Origin: a virus
Lineage: Duplodnaviria > Heunggongvirae > Uroviricota > Caudoviricetes
Virus record (IMG/VR): IMGVR_UViG_2690316099_000008
DNA length: 4,055 nucleotides
Direction: 5' to 3' (one strand)
The position numbers and the translations under genes are program-made. Shown here in pieces: positions 1-4,055 of the stretch; positions within the stretch are counted from its first letter, which is position 1, and each line of letters opens with the position of its first letter. The notes under the pieces are model-generated. The model had not been told where the DNA came from. It made no database searches and saw only the letters and a program-made list of their open reading frames with translations.

Positions 1-31
1 TCGCTCGCTCTCACCACTGAGCTAAAGGGCC
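1..31 (-). tRNA. 5' portion of a tRNA gene running off the left edge (acceptor-stem strand, D-arm, start of anticodon stem). Resembles Ile(CAU)-type tRNAs found downstream of Q in lambdoid/Stx-type phages; the anticodon lies outside the window.
   Basis: Minus strand from coordinate 31 reads GGCCCTT-TA-GCTC-AGTGGTGA-GAGC-G-AGCGA: 7-nt acceptor strand, U8, GCTC/GAGC D-stem with an 8-nt D-loop containing GG, then the anticodon-stem 5' strand. Similarity to Ile-type tRNA is from memory, not a search. Confidence 0.55.
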
Positions 32-68
32 GGGAGCAGAATAATAACGGTCCGTAATTAATTCCGCA

Positions 69-96
69 ATAAAAAACCCGCTCGGCGGCGGGTGTC
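69..96 (-). terminator. Rho-independent terminator, distal copy: GC-rich hairpin followed by a T-run on the minus strand.
   Basis: Minus strand reads ACCCGC-CGCCGA-GCGGGT followed by TTTTTTAT. The 25-nt core is identical to the copy at 170..197. Confidence 0.6.
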
Positions 97-169
97 GAAA
101 AAGCCAGCAAGCTGAAAGACAGGTATTCACCGCCACCAGCGCGTTTACTGTACTGACGCGATTTCAGTC

Positions 170-197
170 ATAAAAAACCCGCTCGGCGGCGGGTTGT
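170..197 (-). terminator. Rho-independent terminator, proximal copy (tR'-like), about 40-65 nt downstream of the predicted late transcription start.
   Basis: Minus strand reads AACCCGC-CGCCGA-GCGGGTT followed by TTTTTTAT (7-bp stem, 6-nt loop, U-tract). It sits immediately downstream of the Q gene and the pR'-like promoter. Confidence 0.6.
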
Positions 198-230
198 AGA
201 AACTCTTCTAACGTCAGGCATAAAACGCCC

Positions 231-270
231 ATCGTTATGACGAATTTACCACAGATTCCGGAAAAATCAA
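231..270 (-). promoter_or_regulatory. Lambda pR'-like late promoter with a sigma70-dependent pause element; the Q-utilisation region.
   Basis: Minus strand: -35 TTGATT (270..265), 16-nt spacer ending in TGg (extended -10), -10 TAAATT (248..243), 6 nt, then AACGAT (236..231) followed by GGG. As I recall it, lambda pR' has the same TAAATT-N6-AACGAT-GGG arrangement. The predicted start falls on the Q stop codon. Confidence 0.6.
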
Positions 271-1089
271 CCTAGTTACCTTTTTTAACTGCCGCTCAGC
301 CCATGCTTCTTCAATATCAAACCGGGTCACCAGCGCATCATAAAATTTCTTAACTGTTTTTTCCCATGACGCGCGTGTTATCTGGTTTGTCACCTCGCAT
401 ATAGCATTAAATGCCTCCGTTGATGGTAGTCTTTCATAGCCACGACCACCACAACGCTGGCAGTCTCTGATAACAGGCATACCACGTTTTACCGACTCTT
501 CACGATGAATGGCGACACCACGCCCACGGCAATCCTTACAGGCGGTGGAAACCTCACCCTTTCCGCCACACTCCGGACAGGCAACTTTTACCACCTCCCT
601 GACTTTTTTCCATTCTTCCCAGTAAGACGGATACACACCTTTCGTACACTTTGCCCATACCGGCGGCTTACCATCCGGATACTGGACCTTGTTTGTAAAA
701 ACTACGCTTTCAATAAATTTTTCCCCATAGCAACAAGGGCACTGCTTTTTACTCGCTGCGCTGCGGGCATAATCCTCAAAAGCGTACGAAGCCATAATGC
801 GCATCACTACCGGTTTTATTTCTGCCGGAAGTTTTCTCAACGCCGCCACACGATCGCACCGACTGAGTGCATAATCTGCCAGTAATTCTGTTGCCCGCGC
901 CCTGTCATTCATACTGATGCCCATTTTCCCCAGGAACGCAGAAAACCCCATCTCAGCCCGATTCTGTGTCATGCCCTGCGCGGCCATCACATCAGTGATA
1001 CTCAGCGCATCTTTCGACGTTGAGGCCGATGCATCAGTCAGGCCGGGGGATTTTGGGGAGTAGTATTTCGGTAAATCTTCCAGTTTCAT
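235..1089 (-). CDS. Q: Late-gene antitermination protein Q-like (284 aa) with a Cys-rich zinc-binding region.
   Basis: Intact 284-aa ORF. Position is diagnostic: directly downstream of rusA (ATGA start/stop overlap) and directly upstream of a lambda-like pR'/pause element and terminator. Contains CPCC plus three CxxCxGxG repeats (aa 117-213). Family assignment rests on synteny and recalled similarity to Q82/QuuQ-type prophage antiterminators, not on a search. Confidence 0.7.
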   Translation of the reverse strand: MKLEDLPKYYSPKSPGLTDASASTSKDALSITDVMAAQGMTQNRAEMGFSAFLGKMGISMNDRARATELLADYALSRCDRVAALRKLPAEIKPVVMRIMASYAFEDYARSAASKKQCPCCYGEKFIESVVFTNKVQYPDGKPPVWAKCTKGVYPSYWEEWKKVREVVKVACPECGGKGEVSTACKDCRGRGVAIHREESVKRGMPVIRDCQRCGGRGYERLPSTEAFNAICEVTNQITRASWEKTVKKFYDALVTRFDIEEAWAERQLKKVTRLIFPESVVNSS

Positions 1090-1460
1090 TTTTTGACCTG
1101 CTCTTCATGCATTATGGGGTAAATCTTCACCCCCAGACGTCCACCAGATACTGGCTGACCACGAACGATATTGATTTCATCAAACTGCTCATCGTCCATT
1201 AACACTCCCGCATGTGTCAGTGCATCCAGTGGTGCTTTCAGGATATTGTCCAGGTCACGACGGCGCTTATCCGGTGGCTCTGCAATAATCTTTATCGCCA
1301 GTCTTCCGGACAGGCTTAATTTCAGTCGCTGCTGACGGACAATAAGCGCCACATCCCGGCGATAACGCTCACCGGCTTTTGATACAAAATATGTGTTGTC
1401 ACGACGTCGCCAGTAAGTATTCACCGTCGGCGGATAAGGTAAAATAAACTCATGGCGCAT
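1086..1460 (-). CDS. rusA: Crossover junction endodeoxyribonuclease RusA (Holliday junction resolvase), 124 aa, intact.
   Basis: Translation carries RusA hallmarks: LPYPPTVNTYWRR near the N-terminus, the acidic catalytic block PDKRRRDLDN...LMDDEQ, and GGRL near the C-terminus. Its stop overlaps the Q start (ATGA) and its start overlaps the upstream gene stop (TGATG). Confidence 0.85.
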   Translation of the reverse strand: MRHEFILPYPPTVNTYWRRRDNTYFVSKAGERYRRDVALIVRQQRLKLSLSGRLAIKIIAEPPDKRRRDLDNILKAPLDALTHAGVLMDDEQFDEINIVRGQPVSGGRLGVKIYPIMHEEQVKK

Positions 1461-1717
1461 CAGCGCAGCACCTCCTGCACCAGTTTTTCAAACTTTCCGA
1501 CTCTGGTTTCCAGCTCTGCCACACAGTCCACCAGCTCATCTACTGCTTTCTGTGCGCGATGCTTCGCCTGCATCAGTTCCCGAAGCGCGGGTACCATATC
1601 TTTACGGATAGCGTCTTTTGTTATGCCCGTTTTTTCGAGTTGTTCAGCATGACGCAGCATTTCCTGCGCGTGTTTACGCAATTGTTCAGGGGTAAAAGTC
1701 ATTGTCTGGTTGTTCAA
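1460..1717 (-). CDS. Conserved hypothetical protein, 85 aa, helical and charged (likely coiled-coil), function unknown (copy 1).
   Basis: ORF conserved in two diverged copies in this window: by hand count about 30 nt differences over 258 bp but only 6 aa changes, i.e. mostly synonymous. Translationally coupled to rusA. The start may be TTG at 1717 (GGAG about 8 nt upstream) or the internal ATG at 1702. Confidence 0.7.
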   Translation of the reverse strand: MNNQTMTFTPEQLRKHAQEMLRHAEQLEKTGITKDAIRKDMVPALRELMQAKHRAQKAVDELVDCVAELETRVGKFEKLVQEVLR

Positions 1718-1837
1718 AAGAAACGCTCCATCTTACTGCTGTCAGTTCGTTTATTACTGTATCTGCGCGGATTGCCGGGCTTCATGGGAGTGGAAAGCAC
1801 CCGTGCACTTTCCTGGTCCACAGGCAGAAAATGTCCG
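1714..1837 (-). pseudogene. 3'-terminal fragment (last 41 codons) of a second DnaB-family helicase gene, truncated at its 5' side by an IS2 end.
   Basis: Minus-strand translation GHFLPVDQESARVLSTPMKPGNPRRYSNKRTDSSKMERFF* aligns in frame with the C-terminus of the intact helicase at 2292..3683. The IS2 left terminal repeat begins at 1838. Confidence 0.6.
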
Positions 1838-1879
1838 TAGACTGGCCCCCTGAATCTCCAGACAACCAGTATCACTTAA
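1838..1879 (+). mobile_element. IS2 left terminal inverted repeat (outer end at 1838, element interior to the right), followed by a single n at 1880; the element body is absent from the sequence.
   Basis: TAGACTGGCCCCCTGAATCTCCAGACAACCAGTATCACTTAA matches the IS2 left end as I recall it. The flanking sequence switches abruptly from helicase 3' end to mid-rusA across the n. Confidence 0.75.
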
Positions 1880-1880
1880 N

Positions 1881-2038
1881 CTTCCGGACAGGTTTAATTT
1901 CAGCCGCTGCTGGCGAACAATTAGCGTCACATCACGGCGATAACGCTCACCAACTTTTGATACAAAATATGTGCTGCCACGACGTCGCCAGTAAGTATTC
2001 ACCGTCGGCGGATAAGGTAAAATAAACTCATGGCGCAT
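1881..2038 (-). pseudogene. rusA: 5' part (first ~52 codons) of a second rusA copy, truncated by the IS2 end / n junction.
   Basis: MRHEFILPYPPTVNTYWRRRGSTYFVSKVGERYRRDVTLIVRQQRLKLNLSG... matches the N-terminus of RusA at 1086..1460. The six-frame ORF continues through the n into IS2 sequence, so the 94-aa ORF is chimeric. Confidence 0.7.
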
Positions 2039-2295
2039 CAGCGCAGCACCTCCTGCACCATTTTTTCAAACTTTCCAACTTTGGTTTCCAGCTCTGCCAC
2101 ACAATCAACGAGCTCATCCACCGCTTTTTGTGCGCGATGTTTCGCCTGCATCAGTTCCCTGAGCGCTGGCACCATATCCCGACGAATGGCATCTTTTGTT
2201 ACACCTGTTTTTTCCAGTTGTTCCGCCTGTCGCAACATTTCCTGCGCGTGTTTACGCAATTGTTCAGAGGTAAAAGTCATTGTCTGGTTGTTCAA
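2038..2295 (-). CDS. Conserved hypothetical protein, 85 aa (copy 2 of the 1460..1717 gene).
   Basis: 93% aa identity to copy 1 (6 substitutions, mostly conservative) despite about 88% nt identity. TTG start overlaps the helicase stop (TTGA) with GGAG about 8 nt upstream; alternative ATG at 2280. Confidence 0.7.
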   Translation of the reverse strand: MNNQTMTFTSEQLRKHAQEMLRQAEQLEKTGVTKDAIRRDMVPALRELMQAKHRAQKAVDELVDCVAELETKVGKFEKMVQEVLR

Positions 2296-3683
2296 AAGAA
2301 ACGCTCCATCTTACTGCTGTCGGTACGTGTATTGCTGTATCTGCGCGGCTGGGGCTGCCGCATTGGGGTGGAAAGAACCTGTGCGCTTTCCTGGTCCACA
2401 GGCAGAAAATGTCCGTTATAAAAACGCCGGTAAATCGTCCCCAGAGAACCGTTACGTTGTTTCGTGATATTAATTTCTGCTATGCCTGTAGCCTGTGTAT
2501 CCGGGTTGTACACTTCATCCCTGTAAAGCATCAGAATGATGTCTGCATCCGCCTCTATTTCTCCGGAATTTTTCAGGTCTGAGTTCATGGGACGTTTATT
2601 GGGTCTGGACTCCACACCGCGGGAGAGCTGGCTCAGCGCAATCAACGGAAAACCACCGGATTTTGCCAGGCCTTTAAGCCCCTTTGAGATTTCACCCACG
2701 GCAAGGTCATGACGCCCCGTGGTTCGGGTTTTTATCAGCCCGAGATAATCAACCACCACCAGCGCCGTTTCCGGATGTTTAATCAGATGGTGTTTCGTTG
2801 TTGCGCATATCTCATCAATGGTCAGGTTCGCCTGGTCCACCATCCAGATATTGCGCCCGGTCATCCGCCCCACCCCTTGTGAGAAACGCGCCCAGTCTTC
2901 ATCTTCAAAGTGAGCCACAGATTTCAGGCGTGATACTGGCATCCCTCCAGCCGCAGACACCATACGTTCACCAATCTGGATGTTCGCCATCTCCATGGTG
3001 AACAGAAGCACACCATGCCCCTGCTCAGTCACCTTGTCGATGATGTCCAGCGCAAGTTCGGTTTTCCCCATCGAAGGACGGGCGGCAATGAATACCAGGT
3101 CTCCGGGCTCCATACCGCCTGTTTTTGCGTCCAGTTCATCAATACCGGTCATCAACGTCCTGGATTTCTCCAGCCCCTGATTCCGGCATTCAACACGCTC
3201 AACCACTTCCGGAAGCACATCATCAATATGTACCGGCTGAATGACGCCCTTTCCTGTCGACAGTGTGACCATCATGTTCTGCGCATCCTTCAGGGCATCT
3301 TCAGCTGCTTCACAGGTATGCGCATCACGTAATTTCTGCAGCGCCTCATTCAGTGTTTTTTCTGCATCGCGCAGTGCGGCATTGCGCCGCAACGCTGCAA
3401 CATAGTGCTCCAGTGAAGACTTCACCCAGGTTTTACGCCCGGTATCAGTAATCACCGGGGCAAGTTCCGGCATCTCATTACACAACAGCACGGGGTCAAT
3501 CACTCCTGAAACACGGGCCTGTCTGCAGATGCCTGTGTAGATATCCCGATACGCTCGTACAGAAAAAATGTCCGCCGGTAGTGTGATCAGAATATCCATC
3601 ACTTCATGATCTGCCCCACGCAGAAAGAATGCGCCAATGACAGCGCCTTCCAGGTCATCATTACGCCAGACTGGTGTTGTCAT
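2292..3683 (-). CDS. DnaB-family replicative DNA helicase, phage-encoded, 464 aa from the ATG at 3683.
   Basis: Walker A GDLVFIAARPSMGKT; DnaB C-terminal domain blocks (VVVDYLGLI, LSQLSRGVESRPNKRPMNSDLKNSGEIEADADIILMLYRDEVY, KQRNGSLGTI); DnaB N-terminal domain similarity. GAGGTG Shine-Dalgarno 7 nt upstream of the ATG. The longer 510-aa ORF in the track starts at a GTG inside the IS2 end and is rejected. Confidence 0.85.
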   Translation of the reverse strand: MTTPVWRNDDLEGAVIGAFFLRGADHEVMDILITLPADIFSVRAYRDIYTGICRQARVSGVIDPVLLCNEMPELAPVITDTGRKTWVKSSLEHYVAALRRNAALRDAEKTLNEALQKLRDAHTCEAAEDALKDAQNMMVTLSTGKGVIQPVHIDDVLPEVVERVECRNQGLEKSRTLMTGIDELDAKTGGMEPGDLVFIAARPSMGKTELALDIIDKVTEQGHGVLLFTMEMANIQIGERMVSAAGGMPVSRLKSVAHFEDEDWARFSQGVGRMTGRNIWMVDQANLTIDEICATTKHHLIKHPETALVVVDYLGLIKTRTTGRHDLAVGEISKGLKGLAKSGGFPLIALSQLSRGVESRPNKRPMNSDLKNSGEIEADADIILMLYRDEVYNPDTQATGIAEINITKQRNGSLGTIYRRFYNGHFLPVDQESAQVLSTPMRQPQPRRYSNTRTDSSKMERFF

Positions 3684-3787
3684 GCAGCCACACCTCTGAT
3701 ACAAGAACGGTAGCTGGGCCAGTTGAACGACAACCAGTTGCGCCCCCCGTCTGTGATCCTGTCGGCAATGCGGGGGCTGATGAACGC

Positions 3788-3840
3788 TGGATTTGCCCCT
3801 ATATTTCCAGACACCTGTTATCACTTAACCCATTACTGGC
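3788..3840 (-). mobile_element. IS2 right terminal inverted repeat (outer end at 3788, element interior toward higher coordinates), running into the N gap.
   Basis: Plus strand TGGATTTGCCCCTATATTTCCAGACACCTGTTATCACTTAACCCATTAC is the reverse complement of the IS2 right end as I recall it. It lies 104 bp upstream of the helicase start codon. Confidence 0.75.
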
Positions 3841-4022
3841 NNNNNNNNNNNNNNNNNNNNNNNNNNNNNNNNNNNNNNNNNNNNNNNNNNNNNNNNNNNN
3901 NNNNNNNNNNNNNNNNNNNNNNNNNNNNNNNNNNNNNNNNNNNNNNNNNNNNNNNNNNNNNNNNNNNNNNNNNNNNNNNNNNNNNNNNNNNNNNNNNNNN
4001 NNNNNNNNNNNNNNNNNNNNNN
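3841..4022. other. Assembly gap (182 N).
   Basis: Run of n characters; presumably the collapsed IS2 body and/or unknown sequence. Confidence 0.95.
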
Positions 4023-4055
4023 ACCGCCTGCTTTCTGATCTACCGCAAATGCTAA

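Larger units (their letters stand above)
1303..1837. repeat. Copy 1 of a diverged 535-bp segmental repeat (rusA 5' part, 85-aa gene, helicase 3' end); period 578 bp.
   Basis: Collinear with 1881..2415 without indels. Hand-counted identity about 84-95% depending on sub-segment. Confidence 0.8.
1881..2415. repeat. Copy 2 of the diverged 535-bp segmental repeat.
   Basis: See copy 1; offset 578 bp. Confidence 0.8.

Noticed and set aside
1-10. TCGCTCGCTC simple-repeat-like motif at the window start.
   Set aside because: On the minus strand it is GAGCGAGCGA, the D-stem and anticodon-stem region of the tRNA, not a microsatellite.
66-198. Possible CRISPR-like or iteron array from the repeated 25-nt element.
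   Set aside because: Only two copies, each a hairpin plus U-tract (terminator architecture), with no regular spacer structure and no cas context.
505-885. 126-aa plus-strand ORF antisense to the Q-like gene.
   Set aside because: It lies entirely inside the well-supported minus-strand gene, has an odd composition and no ribosome-binding context.
1020-1202. 60-aa plus-strand ORF spanning the Q/rusA junction.
   Set aside because: Antisense to two supported, translationally coupled genes; a six-frame artefact.
1086-1717. Small overlapping gene pair (85-aa plus 124-aa) as a toxin-antitoxin module.
   Set aside because: The 124-aa protein has clear RusA resolvase motifs including the catalytic Asp cluster, and the pair sits in the canonical nin/rusA position upstream of Q.
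1754-2038. 94-aa ORF annotated as an intact protein.
   Set aside because: It is a chimera: the first ~52 codons are RusA, then the frame runs through the n at 1880 into the IS2 inverted repeat. It is a truncated rusA, not a gene.
1452-2582. Plus-strand ORFs 1452..1652, 1559..1840, 1702..2025, 2030..2467, 2128..2421 and 2280..2582.
   Set aside because: All are antisense shadows of the minus-strand 85-aa, rusA and helicase genes. They recur in both repeat copies only because the DNA is duplicated, and one (1702..2025) crosses the IS2 end and the n.
2798-3332. Plus-strand ORFs 2798..3001, 2980..3180 and 3015..3332.
   Set aside because: Antisense to the DnaB-family helicase, Pro/Ser-rich and low in complexity, with no independent support.
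3684-3824. N-terminal 47-aa extension of the helicase ORF (the 510-aa version starting at 3824).
   Set aside because: The extension starts at a GTG immediately after a TAA and lies inside the IS2 terminal repeat. A proper ATG with a GAGGTG Shine-Dalgarno sits at 3683, and DnaB homology begins there.
3723-4055. 110-aa plus-strand ORF.
   Set aside because: Most of it is a translated run of N (X residues); the real sequence at its start is the IS2 terminal repeat.

Overview
This window is the replication / nin / late-control segment of a lambdoid prophage of the enterobacterial (E. coli-like) type, with every gene on the minus strand. Reading in the direction of transcription (high to low coordinates): a DnaB-family replicative helicase (2292..3683), an 85-aa conserved hypothetical protein, a RusA Holliday-junction resolvase, a Q-type late antiterminator (235..1089), a lambda-like late promoter pR' with its pause element, two near-identical intrinsic terminators, and the 5' part of a tRNA gene running off the left edge. 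The region is disrupted by two IS2 terminal fragments (1838..1879 and 3788..3840), each abutting N characters, and it contains a diverged 535-bp second copy of the [helicase 3' end - 85-aa gene - rusA 5' part] block. These junctions may be real IS2-mediated rearrangement between two related prophages or an assembly artefact; the sequence alone cannot decide. I do not see a clearly novel biological system: the modules are recognisable lambdoid ones. The most informative items are the pR' architecture, the CxxCxGxG repeats in the Q-like protein, the 85-aa gene whose two copies differ mostly at synonymous sites, and the IS2/duplication junctions. No searches or alignments were run; all identities are hand-counted or recalled and labelled as such.
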